Assembly: GCA_040349255.1 (NCBI GenBank)
Contig: JBEQUE010000005.1
Span: 2,746 to 66,745, forward strand
DNA: 64,000 bases
Source: Acidobacteriota bacterium
GTDB lineage: Bacteria > Acidobacteriota > Thermoanaerobaculia > Multivoradales > UBA5704
Direction of reading: 5' to 3'
A program made the translations under genes and the position numbers. This document shows, in pieces, positions 24,750 to 34,104 of this stretch. The stretch's first letter is position 1. The number at the start of each line of letters is the position of its first letter. The notes beneath the pieces were generated by a model. That model had not been told where the DNA came from. It worked only from the letters and a program-made list of their open reading frames with translations, and did no database searches.

Positions 24750-26729
24750 ATGCGCTCGAAGCCGCCCTTCCTGGTTTTCTTGTCTCTCCTCCTCGCGCTC
24801 CCGCTTGCCGCCGCCGAGCCGGCCGCGGAGCTGGTGCCGACCCCCGACAGCATCCTCCCGCGCCACGTGCCGGACATCCCGCGCTCCTCGACTGAAGGGC
24901 TCCTGCCCTATGAAAACCTGCGCGTGGCCTGGCTCGCGGACTGGCATCCGACCGAGCGCCGCATCCTCATCCGCACCCGGTTCGGCGAGAGCACGCAGCT
25001 CCACGAGGTCGCCATGCCCATGGGCGCCCGTACTCAGCTCACCTTCTACCGGGATCTGGTCATGGAAGGCGCCTACCGGCCCGGGCGTCCCGAACAGATC
25101 GCGGTCTCCCTGAACGAGAAGGGCGCCGAGAACTACCAGCTCCTCCTCCTCGACCGCGGCACGGGAAAGATCCGGCGCTTCACCGACGGCCGGAGCCGCA
25201 ACACGGACCCGGAGTGGTCCCACGACGGCAAGCTCCTCGCCTATGCCAGCAACGCGCGCAACGGCCGCGACTTCGACCTCTACGTCACCGACGCCTCGGG
25301 CCCCGGCGCCGAGCGGCGCGTGGCCGAGCTCCAGGGCTCCTGGAGCGTCCTCGCATGGAGCCCCGACGACCGGCGCATCCTGCTCAAGGAGGACAAGTCT
25401 CCGACCGATGCCTACCTGCACTGGGTGGACGCCGCGACCGGCGAGGTGCATGCCCTGACTCCGCGGCGATCCCAGGACGCCGGGCCGGTCGCCTATGACG
25501 AGGCCGTCTGGGCCGCCGACGGCCGCTCGGTCCTCGCCACCACCGACGCGGACGGAGAGTTCCTGCACCTCGTGCGCCTCAGTATCGAGGGGGGTGACGG
25601 CGACGCCGGGTCGGCTCCCCTGCCCGGGACCACCGGATTGAAGTGGGACGTGGAGGAGTTCGACCTCTCGGAGGACGGCAACCTGCTCGCCTTCGTGGTC
25701 AACGAGGACGGCTTCAGCCGCCTGCACTTCCTCGACCTGCGGACCGGCAAGGAGCTGCCGGCCCCGGAGATGCCCGCCGGCGTCATGACCCGGCCCCGGT
25801 TCCGCCCCGGCTCCCACGAGGTCGCGTTCGGCCTCGCCTGGGCCCGCGCCACGCGGGACGTCTACAGCTACGACACCGACACCCGCCGCCTGGAGCGCTG
25901 GACCGCCAGCGAGGCCGGCGGCCTCAACACCGCGGCGTTCGCCCTCCCCGAGCTGGTCCACTTCAAGAGCTTCGACGGACGCCCGATCCCGGCCTTCGTC
26001 TACCGCCCGCCCGCCGATCGCTTCCCCGGACCGCGGCCGGTCTACGTCGACATCCACGGCGGCCCCGAGGAGCAGGCCCGGCCGGGCTTCCTCGGCAGCA
26101 ACAACTACTTCATCAGCGAGCTCGGGATCGCGGTCGTGGCGCCGAACGTGCGCGGCTCCGCCGGCTATGGCAAGAGCTACCTGACGCTCGACAACGGCGA
26201 GAAGCGCGAGGACTCGGTCCAGGACATCGGCGCTCTCCTCGACTGGATCGCCACCCAGCCCGGGCTCGACGCCTCGCGCGTCATGGTCTCCGGCGGTTCC
26301 TACGGCGGCTACATGGTGCTCGCCTCGCTCGTCCACTACAGCGACCGGCTGCGCTGCGCCTTCGACTCCGTCGGGATCAGCGACTTCGTGACCTTCCTCG
26401 AGAGCACGAGCGACTACCGCCGCGACCTGCGGCGCGCCGAGTACGGCGACGAGCGCGATCCGAAGATGCGCGAGCACCTGCTGAAGATCGCGCCGGCCCG
26501 CAACGTGGCGCGCATCGGCAAGCCGCTCCTGGTCAGCCAGGGCGCCAACGACCCGCGCGTGCCGATCTCCGAGTCCGACCAGATGGTCGCCGCCCTCGAA
26601 GGCCGCGGCGTGCCGGTCTGGTACCTCGTCGGCAAGGACGAGGGCCACGGCTTCCAGAAGAAGAGCAACAGCGACTACCAGCGCGCCGTGCTGGTGAGGT
26701 TCATGGAGACGTACCTGCTGGGCAAGTAG
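24750..26729 (+). CDS. S9-family serine peptidase (prolyl oligopeptidase/dipeptidyl aminopeptidase type) with N-terminal beta-propeller
   Basis: Signal peptide, TolB-like propeller repeats (WSHDGKLLAY, WSPDDRRILL), nucleophile motif SGGSYGGYM, then GANDPRVP and EGHGF. Confidence 0.9.
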   Translation: MRSKPPFLVFLSLLLALPLAAAEPAAELVPTPDSILPRHVPDIPRSSTEGLLPYENLRVAWLADWHPTERRILIRTRFGESTQLHEVAMPMGARTQLTFYRDLVMEGAYRPGRPEQIAVSLNEKGAENYQLLLLDRGTGKIRRFTDGRSRNTDPEWSHDGKLLAYASNARNGRDFDLYVTDASGPGAERRVAELQGSWSVLAWSPDDRRILLKEDKSPTDAYLHWVDAATGEVHALTPRRSQDAGPVAYDEAVWAADGRSVLATTDADGEFLHLVRLSIEGGDGDAGSAPLPGTTGLKWDVEEFDLSEDGNLLAFVVNEDGFSRLHFLDLRTGKELPAPEMPAGVMTRPRFRPGSHEVAFGLAWARATRDVYSYDTDTRRLERWTASEAGGLNTAAFALPELVHFKSFDGRPIPAFVYRPPADRFPGPRPVYVDIHGGPEEQARPGFLGSNNYFISELGIAVVAPNVRGSAGYGKSYLTLDNGEKREDSVQDIGALLDWIATQPGLDASRVMVSGGSYGGYMVLASLVHYSDRLRCAFDSVGISDFVTFLESTSDYRRDLRRAEYGDERDPKMREHLLKIAPARNVARIGKPLLVSQGANDPRVPISESDQMVAALEGRGVPVWYLVGKDEGHGFQKKSNSDYQRAVLVRFMETYLLGK

Positions 26730-26739
26730 GTCGGGGGGC

Positions 26740-27783
26740 CTACGCCTCCTGCGGGGACACGGCCACGCGGTTGCGCCCGCTCCTCTTCGAGAGGAGCAGG
26801 GCGTGGTCCGCGGCGTGGTAGAGATCCTGCGGGGCCGCCATCTTCTCCGAGAGCTGGGCCACGCCGAAGCTGCAGCTCAGCGAGATCTTGAGGTCGCCAT
26901 AGCGATGGTCGAGGTCGAGGACCCGGTCCCTCAGCTTGAGCGCCAGACTCTCCGCCTGGGAGGCCGTGGTCTCGGGCGACAGGATCACGAACTCGTCGCC
27001 GCCGACCCGCGCCAGCGTCTGCTCGGGCCGCACCAGGTCCTTGGCGAGCCCGGCCACCTGCTTGAGCGCGAAGTCGCCGCAGAGATGGCCGTAGGTGTCG
27101 TTGATGCGCTTGAACTCGTCGAGGTCGAAGATGATCAGCGACAGCGGACGGGAGTGGCGCACCGAGCGCGCGAACTCGCGCTGGACCTCCTCCTCGAACT
27201 TCCGCTTGTTGTAGATCTCGGTCAGGCCGTCGAGCGACACGAGCTCGTAGATCGCCATGTGGTAGGCGCTCTCGACGTCCTGCTCGTGGAGGAACTTGAA
27301 GTGGACCGCCGCGGTCTGGAAGCGGTCGCCGGTCTTGAGCACCGTCCGGCCGTGGATCGCCTGGCCGTTGACGTAGGTGCCGTTGGTGCTCCCCAGGTCC
27401 TCCAGGGTCACCACCGAGCCGACGTAGCGCAGCCGGGCGTGCTTGCGCGAGATCGACATCACCTCGGGCAGGCTGATCGCCACCGAGCTCGACCGGCCGA
27501 TCTCCAGGGTCGCGCCCGAGGAGAGCCGGAACCGCGAGCCCAGCCGCTGCCCCTCCGGGTGCGCGATCAGGATGATGTCGGCCTCGGACTCCGCCGTGGG
27601 GGCGAGGCCGCGCCCCACCACCCGTTCGCGGGTCGCGGTCTGGAAGGTCTGGGTGAGGCCGCTCTCCTGGAGAGAGGACGCATCGACCCCGTCCGTGTCA
27701 CTCCCTTCACGGTCGAGCTTCTGGTAGGCATCCGAACGCTGGCGCTCGTCCATTTTTAAGTGGTCCAAACCGACGGGATCCAA
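26740..27783 (-). CDS. FHA domain-containing diguanylate cyclase (GGDEF)
   Basis: FHA region (IGRSSSVAISLPEVMSISRKHARL...GSTNGTYVNGQ) followed by GGDEF (RINDTYGHLCGD ... ARVGGDEFVIL). Confidence 0.85.
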   Translation of the reverse strand: MDPVGLDHLKMDERQRSDAYQKLDREGSDTDGVDASSLQESGLTQTFQTATRERVVGRGLAPTAESEADIILIAHPEGQRLGSRFRLSSGATLEIGRSSSVAISLPEVMSISRKHARLRYVGSVVTLEDLGSTNGTYVNGQAIHGRTVLKTGDRFQTAAVHFKFLHEQDVESAYHMAIYELVSLDGLTEIYNKRKFEEEVQREFARSVRHSRPLSLIIFDLDEFKRINDTYGHLCGDFALKQVAGLAKDLVRPEQTLARVGGDEFVILSPETTASQAESLALKLRDRVLDLDHRYGDLKISLSCSFGVAQLSEKMAAPQDLYHAADHALLLSKRSGRNRVAVSPQEA

Positions 27784-27849
27784 TCTCTTCCTGACGTTAC
27801 GATGGTTTATCGTACCACGCCGCCGCGCGCGAGCCCAAAAGACCCAGGC

Positions 27850-28749
27850 TCAACGGCCGGACAGCATGGCCCGCATCACATGGCGGGCGACCTCGGGGTT
27901 CTCGCGCAGCCGGCGCATCGAGTACGGGTACCAGTCCTTGCCGTAGGGGACATAGACCCGCAGCCGGTGGCCGCCGGCGATCAGGATGCGCCGCATCTCC
28001 TCGTCCACCCCCAGGAGCATCTGGAACTCGTACTGCTCGCGCTTCAGGCCATGCCTGTCGATCAGGCCGACGGCGCGGCAGACCAGGTACTCGTCGTGGG
28101 TGGCGATGCCCGGGTAGACGCCGTTCTCGATCAGCTTCTCGAGCGCGCGGACGTAGCTCGCCTGGATGGTCTCCTTGCCCTTCCAGGCGACCGTCCGGGG
28201 CTCGACGTAGATCCCCTTGCAGATCCGCACGTTCGGGTTCTGCTTCGGCAGGGCCGCGATGTCAGCCAGGGTGCGGCGCATGTAGGCCTGGAGCACCACT
28301 CCCACGTTGCCGTGCTTCGCGTGCAGCTCGTGGTAGATGCGCAGCGTCGCATCCGTGGTGCTGGCGTCCTCCATGTCGATGCGGACGAAGTTGCCGTACT
28401 TCTTCGCCGTGGCCACGATCCGGTCCACGTTGTCGCGGCAGAAGCCCTCGTCGATCTTGAGCCCCAGCATGGTCAGCTTGATGGAGGCGTTGGAGTCGAG
28501 GCCCTCGCGGTCGATCGCCTCGAAGACCCGCACGTACTCCTCGACCGCGGCGAGCGCCGTCTCCTTCTCCTTGACCTCCTCGCCGAGCACGTCGAGGGTG
28601 GCCATGGCCCCCTCCTGGTTGAGTTTGCGGATCATGCGCACGGCGTCGGCCAGGGTCTCCCCCGCCACGTAGCGGGAGGCGACCCGGCGGACCACCGGCT
28701 TGGGCACGGCGGGCAGACCGGTGACCAGCAGCTTGTCGAAGGCGCTCAT
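27850..28749 (-). CDS. Proline dehydrogenase family protein
   Basis: ATLDVLGEEV ... IKLTMLG ... VRIDMEDA ... VVLQAYMRRT ... RICKGIY ... YVPYG resembles monofunctional proline dehydrogenase. Confidence 0.85.
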   Translation of the reverse strand: MSAFDKLLVTGLPAVPKPVVRRVASRYVAGETLADAVRMIRKLNQEGAMATLDVLGEEVKEKETALAAVEEYVRVFEAIDREGLDSNASIKLTMLGLKIDEGFCRDNVDRIVATAKKYGNFVRIDMEDASTTDATLRIYHELHAKHGNVGVVLQAYMRRTLADIAALPKQNPNVRICKGIYVEPRTVAWKGKETIQASYVRALEKLIENGVYPGIATHDEYLVCRAVGLIDRHGLKREQYEFQMLLGVDEEMRRILIAGGHRLRVYVPYGKDWYPYSMRRLRENPEVARHVMRAMLSGR

Positions 28750-28768
28750 GAAGGATCGATGTCCGGGA

Positions 28769-30100
28769 TCAGGCGTTGGCCATTTCGGGAGTCGTCGGGA
28801 TGGGGTCGTCGACCACCCAGCGCACGGATTTCGAGCACGGGCACGAGCCGCCGACCCGCCGCAGCGCGGGCATCCGCCCGGCCGCCTGCTCGGCCGTCGT
28901 CTCGCCGCGGGCGATCTGCGCCATGGCGTCCACGAAATCCTTGTAGTCGCGGCCGGCGCGGTAGGCGTCGGGCAGGTTCGCCTCCAGGTGCCTGAGGTAG
29001 GTCTGGAAGTCGTCGAAGCTCTCGCCCGCGAAGCCCGCCATCTTGAACGCCGGCATGCCGCGGCGGCGGAAGAAGTCGGGATGAGGCATGTGCAGGAGGT
29101 CCTCGCGCCGCAACCCCTCGACCGTCTCTCCCGCCAGGACGCGGTCGAGCGCGCTCTCGGCCTCGGTGGGGCCGAGCGAAGGCACCCGCGCCCGCAGGTA
29201 GCGCAGGTTCAGGTCGCGCACCAGCTTCCCGACCTCTTCGTAGTACTGGCGCTGGGCCTCGGCGTTCTTCATCGGCTTGAGTCCGAAGCGGACGTTCGTG
29301 CCGCCGCCGCGCTCGTCGCCGAACATCTCCAGGCCACGCGGCAGCCACTTGTTGAGCGCCTTCTGGACCATGTCCATGCTGATCAGGCCCTCGCCCTTCG
29401 CGGCCTGCATGACCCAGCGCCGCATCGGCACCACGCCGGAGGCCAGGTGGAAAGCCTCCTCGCGCAGCATCTGCGGCATGCTCTCGGCCATCGGCTGGTA
29501 GGCGCTGATCTTCTGCATGGCGAGCTGGTACTTGCCCACCCGGTCGATCAGGGCGCAGAACACCACGTTGTCCACGAACGAGTCGAAGTCGATGTTGAAG
29601 GCGCCCAGCAGGTGGGAGCCGGTGTTCATCGACAGGATGTCCTCGATCGCGTCCGAGGCCGACTCCTTGGAGACCGACGTCCAGTCGTCCTCGACCAGCA
29701 GGTGGAGCATCTGGTAGCCGTGGCGCAGCTCCTCGGCCATCATGCGCAGGATCCAGAACTGCTCCTCCTCGTCCTGGGCGCGGGCGAGCGTCAGCCGGTG
29801 CTGCTGGATGGAGCCGAACTCGGTCGAGGCCTGGGCGCGGATGGCGCCGTGGAGGTGGTGGGCCTGCTCGGGGTTCATCTCCGCGGCGCGGGTGAACTTC
29901 GGCTTGCCCTTGGCGTCGCCGCACTCGATCTCGGTGCACATGCCGAGCTCGCGGTAGGCGCAGAGCTCGAAGCGGGGCTCGCGCGGGAAGTGCTTCTCCC
30001 AGTTGTCCAGGAGGAACTCGTAGTCGGGGAGATAGGCGTCCTTCCACCGCAGAACGGCGTCGTGGAACGGCTTGGGAAGGGTGGTGGTCCTGGAGCTCAT
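28769..30100 (-). CDS. Ferritin-like di-iron protein, PaaA/BoxB-like (putative oxygenase component)
   Basis: Spaced carboxylate/His ligand candidates: STEFGSIQQH, MMAEELRHGYQM, CALIDRVGKY, MLREEAFHLASG. Start taken at ATG 30100, which is preceded by AGGAG. The family assignment is from motif spacing only. Confidence 0.5.
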   Translation of the reverse strand: MSSRTTTLPKPFHDAVLRWKDAYLPDYEFLLDNWEKHFPREPRFELCAYRELGMCTEIECGDAKGKPKFTRAAEMNPEQAHHLHGAIRAQASTEFGSIQQHRLTLARAQDEEEQFWILRMMAEELRHGYQMLHLLVEDDWTSVSKESASDAIEDILSMNTGSHLLGAFNIDFDSFVDNVVFCALIDRVGKYQLAMQKISAYQPMAESMPQMLREEAFHLASGVVPMRRWVMQAAKGEGLISMDMVQKALNKWLPRGLEMFGDERGGGTNVRFGLKPMKNAEAQRQYYEEVGKLVRDLNLRYLRARVPSLGPTEAESALDRVLAGETVEGLRREDLLHMPHPDFFRRRGMPAFKMAGFAGESFDDFQTYLRHLEANLPDAYRAGRDYKDFVDAMAQIARGETTAEQAAGRMPALRRVGGSCPCSKSVRWVVDDPIPTTPEMANA

Positions 30101-30132
30101 CCTTGTCTCACTCCTGTCTATCTCCACCGGCC

Positions 30133-30582
30133 TCAGAGGGGCCGGACGAACGGTCTCAGGGTCGATGGCTGGAAGCCGAGGGCGCTGAAGAAGCTGCGGA
30201 TCTCTCCCATGTCCTCGTCCACCAGGGTCCGGACGGTGCGGACCCCCTGCCGCCGGAAGTAGTCCATCATGGCCTCGGCCAGCCGCCGGCCGACCGCCTT
30301 GCCGCGGACGCCGGGATCGACGCCGAGGTGCTCGATCCAGCCGGTGGGCTCCTCGATGCCGAACTCTCCGGACCGGACCTCGCCCAGCATGAAGCCGACG
30401 ACCCGGCCGTCCAGCTCGGCGATCACCGAAGCCTCGGGGTCCCGCCGTAGGTAATAACCAACCCGGCGCTCCCAGACTTCCGGCCTGTACTGGCCGGTGA
30501 TCGTCTCGTCGATGCCGACGATGGAGCTGATGTCGAGCTCATCCACCGGCCGGACGCGGACTTCGGTTGCCGTTTCAGCCAT
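30133..30582 (-). CDS. GNAT-family N-acetyltransferase
   Basis: VVGFMLGEV ... IEHLGVDPGVRGKAVGRRLAEAMMDYFRRQG is the acetyl-CoA binding motif A (Q/RxxGxG/A). Confidence 0.85.
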   Translation of the reverse strand: MAETATEVRVRPVDELDISSIVGIDETITGQYRPEVWERRVGYYLRRDPEASVIAELDGRVVGFMLGEVRSGEFGIEEPTGWIEHLGVDPGVRGKAVGRRLAEAMMDYFRRQGVRTVRTLVDEDMGEIRSFFSALGFQPSTLRPFVRPL

Positions 30583-30748
30583 TCCTGTCTTCCTTCTCTT
30601 CTTCCTGATCTCGGGGAAACCGGACCGGCAGGCCCGGGGCGCTGCGATTCTATCTTATCCTTGCGGCGCCATGGACGCTGCCATGGCCAACCCCTCTGCC
30701 AGGCGGCAGAACCAGGGTTCGCGCTGAGCGTGGCCGGGCTCCGGCAGG

Positions 30749-31777
30749 TCAGTCTCGAAGGAGCTGAAGCCGCGCGCTGATCCGCCGCAGGCGGTCGAGC
30801 CAGAGCCTCAGGAGCCCTCTGCGGATCGCGGCCTGCTCACCGATCCGGCGCATTTTCTCGATACAGCCGAGCTCCGCAAGGACCCGCCCCACCTGGTCCC
30901 ACTGGCCCAGGCGGCGATAGAGCAGGATCGACCGGCTGAGCAACCGGGCCGCGTCCTCGGGCCGACCCTGCGAAGTGCGCAGCGCGGCCTTGCGCTCCAG
31001 CAGGCGCGCCCTCTCCATCCGGTCGCCGGTGCCGCGCAGCAGGTGGGCCTCCGCGCGCCGCAGGCTCTCCTCGGCGGATTTGAGGTCGCCGGCCTCGCGC
31101 CAGACGTCGGCGAGCGCCGTCCAGGCCCGCGCGGTCAGCTCCTGGACCAGGGCGTCCGGATGGATGGAAGTGTCGATCCGGCCGGAGAGGCTGACGGTCA
31201 GCCCGGCGCAGACGCCCGCTTCTCCGAGGTCACGTCCGAGATCCCGCGCCCGGCGGGCCCGGTCGAGCAGGAGCTCGCAGAAGCCCCAGGTGTGGAAGCG
31301 CGCCTCGGCCTGCACCAGAGCGGGCCAGAGCTCGCGCGGCCGGGCATCCAACTCGGCCATCCGGTGCCGCGCCTCGGCGCGCTCCGCCTCCAGGTCGGCC
31401 TGGGCGCTCCGCACCCGGTTGATGACCCGGTTCATCAGGGAGTCGTAGCGGAACCGCTTCGACAGGGCCTCCGGGTCTCCGACGCCGTTCGTGGCATCGC
31501 TCCCCGCGTTCCAGAGCGCGGCGGTGACCGTGCGGCACCGGGCGCATCCGGGCAGCAGGTGCAGGATCACCCGGCGGGACTCGCGCTGGGACAGATCCCC
31601 CAGCATGAAGCCCTCCAGCTCCGCCCGTGTGGGATGCGGATCGGCCTTTCCGGCCAACGCGCCACCGTCATGCAATCTGGGCATGCTCGTCGTACCTTGT
31701 TTCCACGATAACACCGCCGCCGCGCCCTGTCCAGTCGTAGGCCAGCCGAAGGAAGACCCGGCTTTGCGCAAGCTCAC
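30749..31777 (-). CDS. Hypothetical protein with N-terminal zinc-finger-like motif and helical (TPR-like) C-terminal region
   Basis: ELEGFMLGDLSQRESRRVILHLLPGCARC resembles a zf-HC2/anti-sigma-type N-terminus, and the rest is helical. The GTG start forms a GTGA overlap with the lipA stop. An internal start at MPRLHDGG is possible. Confidence 0.5.
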   Translation of the reverse strand: MSLRKAGSSFGWPTTGQGAAAVLSWKQGTTSMPRLHDGGALAGKADPHPTRAELEGFMLGDLSQRESRRVILHLLPGCARCRTVTAALWNAGSDATNGVGDPEALSKRFRYDSLMNRVINRVRSAQADLEAERAEARHRMAELDARPRELWPALVQAEARFHTWGFCELLLDRARRARDLGRDLGEAGVCAGLTVSLSGRIDTSIHPDALVQELTARAWTALADVWREAGDLKSAEESLRRAEAHLLRGTGDRMERARLLERKAALRTSQGRPEDAARLLSRSILLYRRLGQWDQVGRVLAELGCIEKMRRIGEQAAIRRGLLRLWLDRLRRISARLQLLRD

Positions 31778-32751
31778 CGCGCCACTCGCGCGGCCGGAGT
31801 CTCTCCCGAGACGTGCTCATGCGCGTGATAACTGCTCCGCACCAGAGGCCCGGCTTCGCAGTGGGCGAATCCGAGCGCCAGGGCGTGCTCGCGGTAAGCG
31901 GCGAACTCGTCCGGATGGACCCAGCGGTCCACCGGCAGGTGCTTCGAAGTCGGCTGCAGGTACTGGCCGATCGTCAGGATCTCCACGCCGGCGCTCCGGA
32001 TGTCGCGGATCGTCGAGCGCACCTCGTCCGGAGTCTCTCCCAGGCCGACCATGATCCCGGTCTTCACCCTCCCGGAGTATCCTCCGGCAGCCCCCGCGTC
32101 GCGCCGCCGGGCGGCCTCGGCGAGCAGCGCCAGGCTACGGTCGTAGCGGCTGCCGGGACGCGCCTGGCGGTACATCCGCGGCACCGTCTCCATGTTGTGC
32201 GAGAAGACCTCGGGCGCGGCCGCGAGCACCGTGTCGAGCGCGTCCGGCACGCCGCGGAAGTCGGGCGTCAGCACCTCGACCGCGGTCTCCGGATTGCGCC
32301 GGTGGATGGCGCGGATCACCTGCGCGAAGTGGCCGGCGCCGCCGTCGCGCAGGTCGTCCCGGTCCACGGACGTGATGACCGCGTGGCGCAGGCCCATCAC
32401 CTCGACCGCTTCCGCCACGTGCCCGGGCTCGGCGGGGTCGACGCCCGCCTGCGGCCGGCCGGAGGTCACGGCGCAGAAGCCGCAGCGGCGCGTGCAGACG
32501 TCGCCGAGGATCATGAAGGTGGCGGTGCCGTGCTCGCCCCAGCACTCATAGATATTGGGGCAGCGGGCTTCCTGACACACCGTGTGCAGACTCAGACTGT
32601 CAACGAGCGTCCGGACCTTGTGGTAGGAGGCCGGCGTCGCCAGCCGGATGCGCAGCCACTCGGGCCGGGGCTCCCGGCGCTTCGAAGAAGGTATGGAAGA
32701 AGAGTCGGCTCCGTTCGCGCGGCCGCCGATCTGGACTAGAGTCTCGCTCAT
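31774..32751 (-). CDS. lipA: Lipoyl synthase
   Basis: CQEARCPNIYECW and the radical-SAM CTRRCGFCAV clusters. Start taken at MSETLVQ (32751) rather than the track's 32814. Confidence 0.9.
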   Translation of the reverse strand: MSETLVQIGGRANGADSSSIPSSKRREPRPEWLRIRLATPASYHKVRTLVDSLSLHTVCQEARCPNIYECWGEHGTATFMILGDVCTRRCGFCAVTSGRPQAGVDPAEPGHVAEAVEVMGLRHAVITSVDRDDLRDGGAGHFAQVIRAIHRRNPETAVEVLTPDFRGVPDALDTVLAAAPEVFSHNMETVPRMYRQARPGSRYDRSLALLAEAARRRDAGAAGGYSGRVKTGIMVGLGETPDEVRSTIRDIRSAGVEILTIGQYLQPTSKHLPVDRWVHPDEFAAYREHALALGFAHCEAGPLVRSSYHAHEHVSGETPAARVAR

Positions 32752-32871
32752 GGTCGCTAGTGTATCCCGGACACGGCTGGCACGGACCCTGCTTAGGCTC
32801 CGGTTGTCGAGCATGAAAGGCCGACGAGCCGAGTGAACCGAGCCGCACCAGCCGCACCAGGAGACCGAGCC

Positions 32872-34089
32872 ATGAACCGCACCTTTCTCCGGCTAGCCGC
32901 CACCTGCGCCCTCCTGGCGCCGGTCTCCGCGGCCTTCGCCGGTGTACTTTCAGGGAACTGCCGCACCGCCGAGCAGCCCGCTGCCACGCTGCTCTACCCC
33001 TACTTCGAAACCGACCTCGAGCACGCCGACGGCGCCACCACCCTCATCTCGATCAACAACGCCTCGTCGCGGCCCACGGTCGCCCGCGTCGTCCTGTGGA
33101 CCGACTGGGGCGCGCCCACGCTCGCCTTCGACGTCTACCTCACCGGCTACGACGTCCAGAGCCTCAACCTGCGCGACGTGCTCAACGGGCAGCTCCCGGG
33201 CACCGGCCCCAACGTCAGCCCGAACGGGCCGCTGTCGGACGCCAACTCCGTCTTCCCCGGCTGCGACGCGGTGGCCAAGCAGTCCGTTGCGGCCCTCGAC
33301 CGCGACACCCTGCAGGCCGCGCACACCGGCCGGCCCCTGCCCGGCATGAGCCCGGCGCAGTGCCTGGGAAGCGGCTCGCGCGGCCCCCAGATCGCCACCG
33401 GCTACATCACCGTCGACGTGGTCAACCGCTGCTCGGCCAGCACCGTCGGCAAGCTGCAGAACACGCCGGCCGATCCGGCCTATTTCGTGTCCGGGGGCGC
33501 GGGCCTGGCCTCGGACAGCAACGTGCTCTGGGGCGAGTACTTCTACGTGAACCCGTCGAAGAACTCCTCCGACAGCAACACCGCGGTCCACATCGTCGCC
33601 GACCCCGACGCCTTCTCCGCCGGCGACTACACGTTCTACGGGCGCTACGTCGGCTTCGACAGCCGGGACGACCGCGCGCCGCTGTCGAGCCTCTACTACG
33701 TGCGCTACCTGAACGGCGCGGCCTTCTCGGGCGGCACGGACCTGGTGGTCTGGCGCGACAACCGCTCGACCGTGACCAGCGCCCGGAGCTGCGGCACCAG
33801 CCCGGCCTGGGCGCCGCTCGGCGAGTTCCAGCTCGTGGCCTTCGACGAGGACGAGAACCCGACCGAGATCCCGAAGAGCAAGGCCTTCCCGCTCGCCGTG
33901 CAGAAGGTCCACGTGGGCACCGACAGCCTGTCCGTGAGCGACAACTTCGGCTGGCTGATGATCGACCTGTGGCACGCCGACTCCACCCACGCGCAAGGCT
34001 GGGTGGGCGTGGTGATGAGCGCCCAGGGCCGCTTCTCGGTCTCTCACTCGGCCATCCGGGCGGACGACCTCTGCAACTTCGGGATGTAG
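32872..34089 (+). CDS. Secreted hypothetical protein (405 aa, 6 Cys in the mature part)
   Basis: Signal peptide MNRTFLRLAATCALLAPVSAAFA. The mature protein contains LLYPYFETDL, VVLWTDWGAPTLAFDVYLTGYDVQSLNLRDVL and GYITVDVVNRCS. No domain recognised. Confidence 0.6.
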   Translation: MNRTFLRLAATCALLAPVSAAFAGVLSGNCRTAEQPAATLLYPYFETDLEHADGATTLISINNASSRPTVARVVLWTDWGAPTLAFDVYLTGYDVQSLNLRDVLNGQLPGTGPNVSPNGPLSDANSVFPGCDAVAKQSVAALDRDTLQAAHTGRPLPGMSPAQCLGSGSRGPQIATGYITVDVVNRCSASTVGKLQNTPADPAYFVSGGAGLASDSNVLWGEYFYVNPSKNSSDSNTAVHIVADPDAFSAGDYTFYGRYVGFDSRDDRAPLSSLYYVRYLNGAAFSGGTDLVVWRDNRSTVTSARSCGTSPAWAPLGEFQLVAFDEDENPTEIPKSKAFPLAVQKVHVGTDSLSVSDNFGWLMIDLWHADSTHAQGWVGVVMSAQGRFSVSHSAIRADDLCNFGM

Positions 34090-34104
34090 GCCGTCAGCAG
34101 GAGA

